A stretch of 64,000 nt of DNA from NCBI GenBank assembly GCA_965112155.1, contig OZ218100.1, one strand, 5' to 3'. How positions within the stretch are numbered: the first letter of the stretch is position 1; every line of letters begins with the position of its first letter. The notes beneath the pieces were generated by a model. That model worked only from the letters and a program-made list of their open reading frames with translations, was not told the DNA's origin and ran no database searches. This stretch comes from Podarcis liolepis. Lineage: Eukaryota. Position numbers and translations under genes: made by a program. Shown here piece after piece: positions 1 to 11,213 of the stretch.

Positions 1-724
1 AAAGTCATTGCACATCAAGATACCAGCGACAAACTAACTGATATTCCTGTTCCCCAGTTTTCTATTATTCTGGGAATAGTGAAGAGAAAGAAAAGTCTTT
101 GGTTCGTTTCTAGCCCCACATTTCTCCTGAAGGGGGGGTGGAACTTGTGCACAAATCTGTATTTGCAAGATACTCTCATCCATCTGTTAACCAAAGTCCT
201 GGAAATTCAAGGAAACTCGTGTTTATGGAAATCTGGCATTTCTCTCTAGTTTTGAATGAGAGCTAAATAGAGCAGTTCATCTCACTGAAATGAAGGGCTT
301 CTGCCAAGCGGTCTCTGCAATGTTGAGTTTTCTGGCACAAGTCAGCTTTGAGGAATTCATTTATGAGCTTGGTTAGCTAGAGATTCTGGAATTCAAATTT
401 ATGTCAAAGACTTAGTGGTTTATCCTGATAGACCTCTGAGAAGAAATTGTAATCAATTTCCCAAAGTCGTAATATGCAGGAGAGACAGCTAGACTGTTTC
501 ATGATTAGGTGGTTATTTTTGTTTTCCATTGGACGGGTTTTTTATTTTAAAAAAATGTTTTATGTGTAGATGCTGTGTAAGGAATCACCTTTTCATATTT
601 ATGATTGGGGAAAATATTTGCATTTGTGCTTCCAGAAGCATCTTCCATGGGATGTAATTTATGCCGGATTGAAGAAAATAAATTTATTCATAGCCATAAA
701 GTATGAAGATTGACATTTTAATTT

Positions 725-806
725 TTGCATTTATATCCCACCTTTCTTCCAAGAAGCTCAGGGAGCTGCACACACACTATTTTGATCCTCACAACAACCC
801 TGTGAA
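725..806 (-). mobile_element. Degraded tRNA/CORE-type (MIR-like, Squam2-like) SINE fragment, interrupted by a BovB insertion
   Basis: atttatatcccacc...cctcacaacaaccctgtga matches the longer copies at 20908 and 31947. Confidence 0.55.
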
Positions 807-811
807 GTATT

Positions 812-926
812 GTTGTTGTTGTTGTTGTTTAGTCATTTAGTCGTGTCCGACTCTTCGTGACCCCATGGACCAGAGCACGCCAGGCACTCCTGTCTTCCAC
901 TGCCTCCCGCAGTTTGGTCAAACTCA
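812..926 (-). mobile_element. RTE-BovB LINE extreme 3' fragment with (CAA)n tail
   Basis: (gtt)n then tagtcgtgtccgactcttcgtgaccccatggac, the reverse complement of the BovB 3' end; exact 9-bp TSD tgaagtatt at 803-811 and 927-935. Confidence 0.85.
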
Positions 927-954
927 TGAAGTATTATCATTACTATTATTAGTA

Positions 955-1500
955 TTACTAGATTTGTTACCTGCCCTTCACCAGAAGGTCCCAGGATGGG
1001 CTACAGCTATATAAAAGATGGCATTAAAAACTGTTTCAGACATATGACAATCACAGCTAAGATGGGTCCTAAATATATTTCAGGTGTCAAAGGCCAGGAT
1101 AAAGATGTACCTCTTCAGCATACTGTATTATGAAAACTGTACAATGAAGGTACTAGATGCACCTCTGTGAGGAGGGAATTTCCCAATTTAGGGGATGCCA
1201 CATAGGAGACGCCCTCTCCCAGGCCGCTACCCCACAAACCTCTAAGGATGGTGGAACTACCAAGAGGGCCCTACTGCTGATCTTAACATTCAATAGGGGC
1301 TGTAGGGAAAGAGGCAGTCTTTTGGATTTGTGGTGCAGACGTCACTCAGGGCTCCTAGCACTAGTGTGAACACCTTGAATTGGGCTCGGAAATGAACTGG
1401 CAAGCATTGCTGCTGGTTTAAAACAAGAGTTATACAAAGGGAATCTGAGACAGTAATCTAGCAGCTGCATTTCGGACCAGTTGGATTTTCCAAATCAACT
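955..1500 (-). mobile_element. Old L2 LINE 3' fragment
   Basis: atttgttacctgcccttc tail and caccttgaattgggctcggaaatgaactggca (antisense of the L2 'LPVHFRAQFKV' motif). Confidence 0.6.
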
Positions 1501-1572
1501 TCCAGGCAGCCCCCGCCAGTTGAACTGGAAATTTAAGTCTGAGGGGTAGTGATTGGCCCAAGTTGACCCACT

Positions 1573-2296
1573 CAGGGCCAACCCTACCATTAGGCAGAAT
1601 GAGGTGGATACCTTAGGCTGCAGATGCTAAGAGGCAGAAATGGATGGGTAATACTGTTGGGAAAAAGCAGCAATGCAAAAGCCAGCTCCAGATGGCTGGA
1701 ATGCAAAACAGGATATTGTGTTTTGCAGATGTACTGTTGGAGAAAAGGTGGAGCCTATTCTCTGTACTGAGCACCGGATGTTAGCTCAGTGTGTCATATG
1801 ACCTGTGCTGGAAGTACAGGGGAGGAGGTGAGACTCTTCTGATGGAGTCTGAAGGGTGCAGTCACATTTCTATGTACTGTTGAGTGACAGGAATAAAACA
1901 TGTAAAAAGGACTCCTGTCTGTCTCATTTCTCCTCCCTGGGAGAATGCAGGGAGGGAGAGAGAAGCAGAGAAGCAGAGGGTGTGTTCTTCTCACGACTAA
2001 TGAGAAGAATCGCCGGGTTTGTTTACCTAGCCTGCCGGGGGTCGCAGATGGAAGGTAAACAATTGCCTCGGGGGAGGCCAGGTACCTCTGCCTGTGAGCT
2101 GAAGATACTAACATATACAGCCTGCCCTGTGTCCCCTACACTATCCTGGTGCCTTCAGGTAAGGCAGGGGGTGCTGTCCTATCACCAATGTCAAAGTAAT
2201 ACTCAGTTGCCATTCCAATTGGCTTTTGTGCATAGAATGTGGGAGGCATCATCTTGCCTTTTGCCTGAGGCAATGAAGTGCATTGGGCCGGCCCTG
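1573..2296. mobile_element. Possible hAT(Tip100)-like non-autonomous element, termini only
   Basis: cagggccaaccc at the left and gggccggccctg at the right form imperfect TIRs; a similar start occurs near 17612; no TSD seen. Confidence 0.35.
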
Positions 2297-2744
2297 AACT
2301 TCGTTGCCAAAAGGAAATTTGAGCCTCTAACAAATTGGTGGGGGGCAATCCTATGGAGGTCTCAGAAATAAGTTCCATTGAGTTCAATGGCTCTCCCAGG
2401 TAAACCTAATGCTATAGTCCTTTATATACATTTACTTTGGGGGAAGCCCCATATAACTTAATGGGACTGCCTTCTTAATAGGCTGTCATAAGATCGAGCA
2501 ATAAATTGTATTATATTTCATCCAATGCCAAATATAAGTGTGTATAATTTAATTCCAAGGGCAAAAATCCTTTCTGGCTGCAAATCTACTGCTTTTCTTT
2601 CCAGAGAATTGAAAGTAATTTGGAAAGCTTTGCTATACATACATTTCTCTTGACCCATTTTTGCGGTGGGTCAAACAGGTTTTGCCAGGTGTGTAGGTGT
2701 GTGGGGAGGGGAACCAAAACCTACAAAACACAGGCAAAAAAACA

Positions 2745-3124
2745 ACAACACAGGTTACCATTAAGATAACCAAGGAAGTGGTTCTGTGCCAGATGAAAAA
2801 TGGGTGGAGCCCCCTCCCTCAACTCGCTGGTAGTTGGAACAACAAAAGGCAAGAGTTCAGAGTTGACTTATGTGAGCTAGAAGCTGGCTGGCTGCAGGTT
2901 GGCCAGCTGGAAGAGAGAGCTATGCCCGATTTCTGCTGGAATCCAAAGCTGTAACTATGGGAGAAGCAAGACCCCTCCATCATAGGCTCGGGTAAATAAA
3001 CTATATATCCTAAAGACACCACAGTCTCTGCTGTGCCTCATTCCCCAAGGAAGCACAAACCCTAGGTAAGCACCCAGAATCCCTGGAATCTATCACCGCT
3101 TTGAAAATGGGGTGGAGTGCAGTA
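2745..3124 (+). mobile_element. Solo-LTR-like element (partial)
   Basis: taaataaactatatatcctaaagacaccacagtctc...ccaaggaagcacaaaccctaggtaag block with an AATAAA is shared with 9175-9292. Confidence 0.45.
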
Positions 3125-3473
3125 AATTAGGGAAGGATATATACAGGGCCATCCGCAGATCATTCTGTTTTATTAGGTGTTCCATGATCCTTCCCCAATA
3201 TTTGCTGACTAGAGGGACACTCTTGCACTATAGGGCATGAAACCAGAACAAACAAAAACACCCCAAAACTCTGGAACATTTGAGGTACAAAAGGTTACAG
3301 GATTTCAGCAGGAAATTAAGGGACATTGAAAACAAAGCAGTATGTCTGCCCCCAAACTTTTGCGGGTGCAAGCAGGATTGAATGCGGAATCACATATTAG
3401 CGGCCTAAGACCATCATGAACAGAAATAATCATGGATGTGCAATGAAAAAGACTTCTGAAGGCGGACTATATA

Positions 3474-3809
3474 CACACCCTCCAAATTCCCTTTTTTCCA
3501 GGGACATCCCTGATTTAGAGAAGCCATCCCAGTTTCTGATATGATCCCGGAATGTCCCACTTTTCCTTAGGATGTCCCTATTTTAACTGGAGAAATGTCA
3601 GAGGGTATTGAGTTATCCAACCCCCAAGCGGTCTGAAGGCAATCCTGTATATGGAAGTTTTAAAAAATGTTTTATTATGTTTTTATTTTTGTTGGAAGCG
3701 GCCCAGAGTGGCTGGGGCAACCCAGTAAGATGTGTGGGGTATAAATAGTAAAATTATCATTATGGAATGGGACGTCCCTATTTGCATTGGAGAAATGTTA
3801 GAGGGTATG
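3474..3809 (+). mobile_element. Composite non-autonomous DNA transposon (hAT-like) containing an L2 3' end
   Basis: TIRs cacaccctccaa / ttagagggtatg; right end also present internally at 3574-3610; 3631-3762 matches the L2 tail at 44215-44345; reverse partial copy at 17378-17601. Confidence 0.7.
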
Positions 3810-6319
3810 CTGTATATCATGAGCAGCAATAACCTTTGTAAACTTACGGTAACTCTCTGGAAGTGGGGAGAACCCAGCTCACAATCCTTTGCCTCTAGCC
3901 TCTGTTTCAAAGGTTGCTCGGTCTTTTAATTTATTTATTTTTCCTGATCCGTGCAACAGAGCTGAGCCAAATGCAGTTTGCCATACGAGCTGCTTTTATC
4001 CAAATAACATTTGCATGAGCATGCGTAGCCAAAATCTATTAATTATTCACTTCATTTGCTTGGAAGATTTATCTGTCTAGGAGCTGGCCAGCAGTCTACA
4101 AACTTTTTTTTTTTAATCATATAAGCTAAAGTTGCTTTTATTGAGCAATGAACTCAAATCACTCTACCCTTTCAATGCAACTATAAATTCACTCCCCTCT
4201 CCTCTGTCCCTCCCCCACCTGATTTTAAAGCGTCCTGAAGAATTTGCAGAGTAAATTAACCATTTGGCATCCTGCCTGCAGTTTTGGTTGGCCGGGGGTT
4301 TTGCAGGGAGTGACTCGATAAACAAGAGTCAATGGATTCAAAGAGTAGCAAAGTAATTTAAATGATTAATCAAGTGCTAAAACTAGTTTAACCTCTCCCG
4401 TTTTACAAACTCTATATCACCCTTGCTAGAGGAACAAGACACCCGTCTGGAAATCTCATCTGAAATATTAGATTGAGATTCAAAAATTCAGCCAAGCAGT
4501 GTGGCTTGTAGGGATATCCTGTCGGATAATAAATTGCATTAATCTTACTTAAATTTTCCATCTAAATCATGTCTTGAGACTATATTACACAGGGGGAATG
4601 TGCCTCACTTTTAAGGCATTGTGCTACTGAAATGGTTATTAAAAGAGGGGAGGTGAAAAAAACAGATAATGACCTTTCTTGTTTTTGCTCAGACTATTCC
4701 TGCCCCCCTTCCTAATATTAAGGAACCCACGTTAAATATTTTGGCACACTGTGAAGAAAGTCTGGTTTCTACTGCCAACACTTATGTTTTGTAACAGGAG
4801 ATAAGAAACCAGCATACTCTGAACACTTGAGAAATTATTTTATATTTATTTATATTTGCATTTTCCTTGGCAAGGAATCAGGTCCATGGACCAAAATAAC
4901 TTCCATGCTTTCCCAGCCTCACCATGAAGTATTTCCCTTCTGGTGGCCAATCAAGCTACACAGAGTTATTCCAGCTATACAGAGTTAAAAAAGAAAAAAA
5001 CAAACCAATATGGAATTGTTCCCTCAGGATTTTGTTAGGAACAACTGCAAATAGAGAAGAAGATTGTAGGAGCTGAAAAGTGCCGGCCATCTACTCAGTG
5101 AGCATTTGCTGCTTACTCCATGAACTGAAGAGTGTTGAAATAACATGAAGAGTCTGATTAAGACCCAGGAACCTCAGGAGATTTGAACTGGAGTAGTCAC
5201 TAATAGCAGCAGGGTGATGGGGATATAATTGCTAAATCAGGAGCCAAACAGAATAGCACACGACTTTCAATCTAATGAGCTACAATGCCAGGACTCCTCA
5301 TTCACTCAAATAGAACATTTGTTAGCCCCTGCTATTATTATCTACAAAGCAGTTAGGCCAAAGTGCTTAGATTTAAAGCCAATTCACATAGACTTGGTGG
5401 GGGGAATATAGTGAAGTTACTACGAGTTGGCTTTTTTCAATAGATTTTTGGCATAGCACACCAGCCTTTTGAATGCTCCAACAATATGTCGAGATTCATG
5501 GTTCACCAAATCCTTGAAAACTTTTGAAAAAATGTGTTGCGCCAAGACCACCATCCTGAAACTGCTCTATACAGTGAGGGATTGTTCCACAAATATGGAC
5601 ACGTCAATTTCAATGACATGATGTTGTCCCCTGTCTTGAGCCATTGATACAAAATCCACAAAAACGAACACATTGTCCTTTTGTGCATTTGATTAGTGTG
5701 GTTCGTTTCTATGGATTGTTTAAAAGAGTTGGGCCTTCTTTGAATATGAGGCTGTTGTGGTGTCAATTCCTCATGGGGAAAATGGAGAAGAGAGCGTCAG
5801 GACATTGCTGGGAGTGAGAAATATGACGATTTATCATTGGGTAGTTAGTGTGATGCCCTCCAGATGTTGTTGGACTACAACTCCCATCATGCCATCCTGA
5901 CCATTGGCCATCTGCCCAGAGCTGATTATCATGTCTTTATGCATGGAGGTGATCCCCACTGGCTTGAAGGATGTGATGGGACAACCACTCCTACAATAAC
6001 CTGGCTTGGATCCAATGGTTCTTAACAAGTACCACCCAGTTCCTAGTACCCTCTTTGGGGAGGAAGGTGTGAGAGAGGATGGTGATAGTGGAACTGTGAG
6101 GACTCTTAGATGAGACTAATTTTCTCAAACCATTTCAATCTGGGTCCAGGTATGGTGTGGGAAGAAAGAATAAAACTGTGAGTTGCCCGTTCTAGATGGA
6201 AGAACAGGTGTGTAGCTTGAGGGTTTACCCTGATGATCCAGTACTGTCATACGCTGCTCTGTGGTTGTGCTCAGGGACAGCTTATCAACAACAGGTGAAA
6301 ACTCTGCTGAAAGCATTGT

Positions 6320-6720
6320 ACTGGCTCCAGTTTCCTACTATAAAGCCCTCTATGGTTCTGGACCAGATTATCTGAGAAACAGCATCTCCTTCTGCCCCAG
6401 TCAAATACATCCGTGGATAAGGATCTGTTGATGGTGCCACACACCTTTGCAGTATAGCTTACAGTGAATCAAGCACATGCTTTTAGCATGGTAGAACTCA
6501 TTCTCTGAAATTCTCTTCCATTAGAAATAAGTAAGCCCCAACATTACTGTTTCTGACATTTCTGAAAAACTTTTCTCCTGGGCCTTTGCAAACTACCATC
6601 TATGTTATTTCTGCCGGTTTTAATTCTTGTTGGATTTTCCGTTTTAATACTGCTTTATGATCTGCATTGTGTTTTATAATCAACTTCTGCCTGGGTATTC
6701 TCCGAATGCAGAGCAGTTTA
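6320..6720 (+). mobile_element. Old L2 LINE 3' fragment
   Basis: tataaagccctctatggttctggaccagattatctgaga (YKALYGSGPDYLR-like) followed by the degenerate 'AFS..' region. Confidence 0.55.
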
Positions 6721-7269
6721 CACACTCTGAAACTAACTAAATAAATAGGACTCAATGGGGCTTATTTCCAGGTAAGTGACTTTAGGATTGCAGCTATATG
6801 CTATCATTGAGACTGGGGAAGGATCACTTACTCTTTCACTGGAATATTGGATTATAAGGATATGGCAATGAACCCACATGGTTAAGTTGGAAAATATTGC
6901 AAGGGTGAGAAAGGCCAAACAACAGAGAGTGTATTCACTGAAAAATAGAGTCAATCATAATGAACTGGAACAAGAAAATGTTCATCCATATATTCTACTG
7001 GAAACAATTTAGCAATTCAAACACTAATTCTCTCTTCCTACTGGCTTCATTATGTATTTTTATATTAATTTCCTTCCTTTCCCCCCCTTTTTCTTTGTGT
7101 GTGTTTGTGTGTGTGTGTGTGTGTGTACCTTTAGGTATTATCCTTGCATTTTATATTATTATAACTATAAATAATAATGATTGTTTTTTAAAAAAGAATG
7201 GTGACCTAAGTTATGTTCATTGATTTCAATTAATTTCTGTTTGATTCAACCCTAAAACTGCAAGATATT

Positions 7270-7620
7270 AGGTAAAAAAGGTAAAGGTCTGGACAGTCAA
7301 GTCCAGTCAAAGGTGACTATGGGTGTGGTATTCATCTCGCTTTTCAGGCCAAGGAAGCCGGCGTTTGTCCACAGACAATTAGTCATGGCCAGCATGACTA
7401 AACCGCTACTGGTGCACGGAGGACCATGACAAGTGCCAGAGCACATGAAAACACCAATTACCTTCCTGCCGCAGCGGTACCTATTTATCTACTTGCACTG
7501 GTGTGCTTTCAAACTGCTAGGTTGGCAGAAGCTGGGACAGAGCAATGGGAGCTCACCCGCCGACCTTCTGATCAACAAGCCCAAGAGGCTCAGTGATTTA
7601 GACCACAGTGCCACCCGTGT
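7270..7620 (-). mobile_element. Sauria SINE (subfamily shared with 61724)
   Basis: ggtaaaggt tail (antisense ACCTTT), gccagcatgactaa and tacctatttatctacttgcac core, tRNA-like head gaccacagtgccacccg. Confidence 0.9.
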
Positions 7621-8743
7621 GATCTTACCTTTACCTGCAGAAATTACAATGGGTGCAAGAAAAGTGTGTGTATTGGCAGAATACCTGCTCTTGCAATGAT
7701 AGTTCATATAACTGATCTGAAGAAAATGAAGGTGTGTCAAAATCTCCAACAAGAATATACCACATTAATAGGCAGATTAACATTGTTAATGTGTTTGTAA
7801 CAAAATGAATACTTTAAATAAAATAATCTAGTCTGAAGATTTACTCCAAGGACACGTGTTAAAATGGTTTAAGGCAGACGCCCTCAGTTTCCTATTCCTT
7901 TTCTGTCCTTTGCTTCCTGTTACTCCTGATCTATCCTAAGAAGCATAAAGAGCATATATTACTATGAATTAGCACATCATGGTTTGAATTTGCACTGCTA
8001 GCATGTTAGCCATCGCTCGCGCTGCCAGCTGGGGAAATTGAGAGAGAGAAAATAAACATAGCACCTCATGATATCATTTTACAGAGTTACTTTTCTGAGC
8101 ATAGTAACCACACGTTTAAAAATTAATTGCAAATAAAAAGCCATTTGCTTTTTTTATTGCAAAAGCTAACTCGTTTTGATGGTACACCATTCCTTCCATT
8201 CATTTCTTTGACTAGAGGGGGGTTTCAAAAGGATTTCATGGTGACCCATCATCACTGCAGGACAGAAGTGTTGTTAGGGGGTGGAGCAGAGGTACTGAGC
8301 CCTGGGTCTTTGGGGCCACGACCGTGATCTCCTGCCCCTTCCTTACTTTTTAAAACAGAAAAACAACAACAAATATTTGCGTACAGGGTGACTGTGTGCG
8401 CTACAAATACTAGCTGCCCATTGGCATTGGAGAGAAAGGAGAGTAAGAGGAATGTGCTTGACATTGCTGAGGAAATCGAAGGGACAAAAATCATCAGTGG
8501 TGTTCTGAAACCAGTGATTAAAATCAGTGCCATTTTGAAAAGTTAGGTCTGCCATCTTGATTCAAAATGGCATCCAGCTGTATCCAGACATGGACAAAAC
8601 CCTGCTCCTTGAGCTCAGGAACCATCATGGAAAATTTGGTTACAATAAAAGTTGTCCAAATGTATAAAGACGAGGCAAAAAGACTAACTGTCCAAAATAT
8701 ATTATAGCAGCTAATTGGGTTTGTCTGCTTAGATTCAGTCTAC

Positions 8744-9292
8744 TGTTATGACTTTGGGGGAGTCAGCCTGGATGATATCCTTGGATTTAGGCCTGTGATC
8801 CCAGAGCCAGTGAGGTTTAGGATCTAGTAGGAAAGCCCGCTGAAGCAGGCAGACAAGCATTTTCATAAGATAACACTGTATCTGGCCAGTTAAGTGCTCA
8901 CATCAGCATCTAAAAGATGTTGCTCTGTAACCATAGAGATAAATGGGTGAGCCTTTTCCCATCTCACCTGGCTGGATGCCAAATCATCTTAGGATGAAGA
9001 ACAATAGGTCTTAGGGGGCTGGGCATGAGAGAGTTGTAAACTGGGTTGATGCTGGAAGTTGAGGACACAAAGAAATGTTTGCTATGTGCTGGACTTGGCT
9101 CTCCCCTGGAAACCTGATGGGAAAGGGGTTGGAAGATAATATTGTGAGCACCTCCATCCTATGTATATATGTGTAAATAAAACCATACATTTAACAACAT
9201 CACAGTCTCCACTATCCTGAATTCCAAGGAAAATGAACCTAGGGTAAGTGCAGGAGCCCCCCTTACCGATCAGATTGGGGAAGTAGATATCA
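8744..9292 (+). mobile_element. Solo-LTR-like element
   Basis: Starts TGTTA and ends ATCA, with a TA-rich tract plus AATAAA near 9165-9182; 3' third similar to 2990-3120; no TSD found. Confidence 0.45.
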
Positions 9293-10145
9293 TGAAAATG
9301 CTATATTTGGCAAGGCCCACATAACAACTTTCAGCCGAATCTCATGCATGTATCCTCAAGAGGTAAGCATTGCTTGGTTCAATGGGGCTTACTGCCACAT
9401 AATGGGGCAGAACTGCAGCCTCAGCGTGGCACCCAGTTTCAGAGGAAGTCTCACCTTTTCTGGAGGTGGTCTGATATCATAACCGTCAGTAGGTGGTAAT
9501 GCTTGCTGATGGGATAAGAGCCTCTTGCCAAAATTCTAGGCGAGAGGGGGAAAGTGAACCCAGATCCCTAGACTGCTTCTTTAACTATATTGGACAACCT
9601 TGCTATTCCTGGATCTGACTCAAGCTGCGTAATAGGAGGATCAGGCTACATCTCACTGCCTTCATTAAGTCTGAGTCAGATCCAAACACTCTCGATGCAT
9701 AAATACTCAATGGCATTTACACAGTATATTATGGGACTTTATATCTCCTAAGCACATCAGGCTGATGTGTTACTTTATTTGGTGGAAGGTTTGTTTCATG
9801 CTGGATATATATCATTTTAGTGATATTAACTCTGACACTTGCTAAGGAATTTGACTAATAAATAAGAACATAGTCTCCTCTGGTATGAGCTGATAACATT
9901 TGTGTGTGTGTATTCCCTTCAAACCCTCATCAATCTGCTTGGGAAATAGGAGTGCCTAACTGGCACCCAGCACTAAAGATATGCATTGTTGTTACGGCAC
10001 ACAGAGTGACTTGCACCAGCAAGGCAATTTCTGCTGAGACCGCAAGAATTCCTTGCAGGGTCAGGCCATGGGCTTCTCCAGCCCTGCAGTCTCTTTCTCT
10101 CCCCCCAGAAACGGCCAGTCTGGTTCTCCTTGGGAAACTTACAAG

Positions 10146-10574
10146 TAGGAATGGGCAAATCTGTCAGATTCAGTTTCCTAGTCTTTAATTCAGTTCTCCA
10201 CATTTCTGCATCAGTTTACAATTTTTATATATATAAAAAATCATCATGAAAATTTGCCAGGATTTTAATGCAAATTCCTCTACAGTACATATGATTGCAC
10301 ATAATTCTGACTGGCATGCACATTTTTTTGCGAGCGATTTCTCCAAATATAAATGCATTTCTATATATCATTTTTCACTAATATAAAGCATTTTAATGCA
10401 CACCTCTCCCTCTTATGTTCATTTTTGTACACGTTATTTGGCTGGAGAACTGCATCACAGAATTTGGAGGTGTATTTTGAAGGATGGCTGCATTCTGGTA
10501 CACATATTGTTTCAAAAAATGCAGATTAGGTAGGTTTGCATTAAAACTGAGACAAATTTCCTCTGCTTTCCCTC
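10146..10574. mobile_element. Non-autonomous hAT DNA transposon ('TAGGGATGGG' family)
   Basis: Exact 8-bp TSD cttacaag at 10138-10145 and 10575-10582; homologous to 39180, 44550, 15196, 32530. Confidence 0.8.
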
Positions 10575-11001
10575 CTTACAAGCAGACTAAGATCAAGCTA
10601 TATTTCGTCTCTATGGTGATGTAGCAGAGCAGGGATGAACTGCTTATTTCACAGCAGGGAAGAATGATGTCATTTCCTGGTGAGCTATTTGCCAATCTTT
10701 TGCATACCAAATAAAGAAGCTTTTCTCAGTAAGACACCCACCAAATAAACTAAGCAGAGGGAAAGGTAGGTTACATTAGCATGGGTGGCTGAGTATTAAA
10801 CCACCAATTTTATCTTCACAAATTCCAAGACCCCTTTATTACCCACCACTATAAAAAGTCACAAAATAATGAGAAAATTTTTGAGGGCACCAGAACTCTT
10901 TGTCAGGCTGTAAATTAGGGGAAACAAGGGGATCAGGAAAAAAAATCTGGCTTGCTGTTGAAACAATATTATCTGCACTGGTCAAGGGCCCATTTGTTGT
11001 A

Positions 11002-11213
11002 CAGTGGTACCTTGGGTTACAGACACTTCAGGTTACAGACTCTGCTAACCCAGAAATAGTACCTCAGGTTAAGAAGTTTGCTTCAGGATGAGAACAGAAA
11101 TTGCGCGGCAGTGGGAGGCCCCATTACCTAAAGTGGAACCTCAGGTTAAGAACAGTTTCAGGTTAAGAATGGACCTCCAGAACGAATTAAGTTCTTAATC
11201 AGTGGTACCACTG
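11002..11213. mobile_element. Tc1/mariner-pogo (Tigger-like) MITE
   Basis: TA|cagtggtacc ... ggtaccactg|TA; same family as 49360-49600. Confidence 0.9.

Noticed and set aside
1856-2371. 171-aa ORF
   Set aside because: Non-ATG start, no recognisable motif, and it overlaps a putative repeat terminus.
8500-8680. Possible Helitron-like remnant
   Set aside because: Only a vague resemblance; termini could not be supported.
2745-9292. Single full-length LTR retrotransposon between the two LTR-like blocks
   Set aside because: The blocks are too diverged from each other, and no PBS, PPT or gag/pol was recognised between them.
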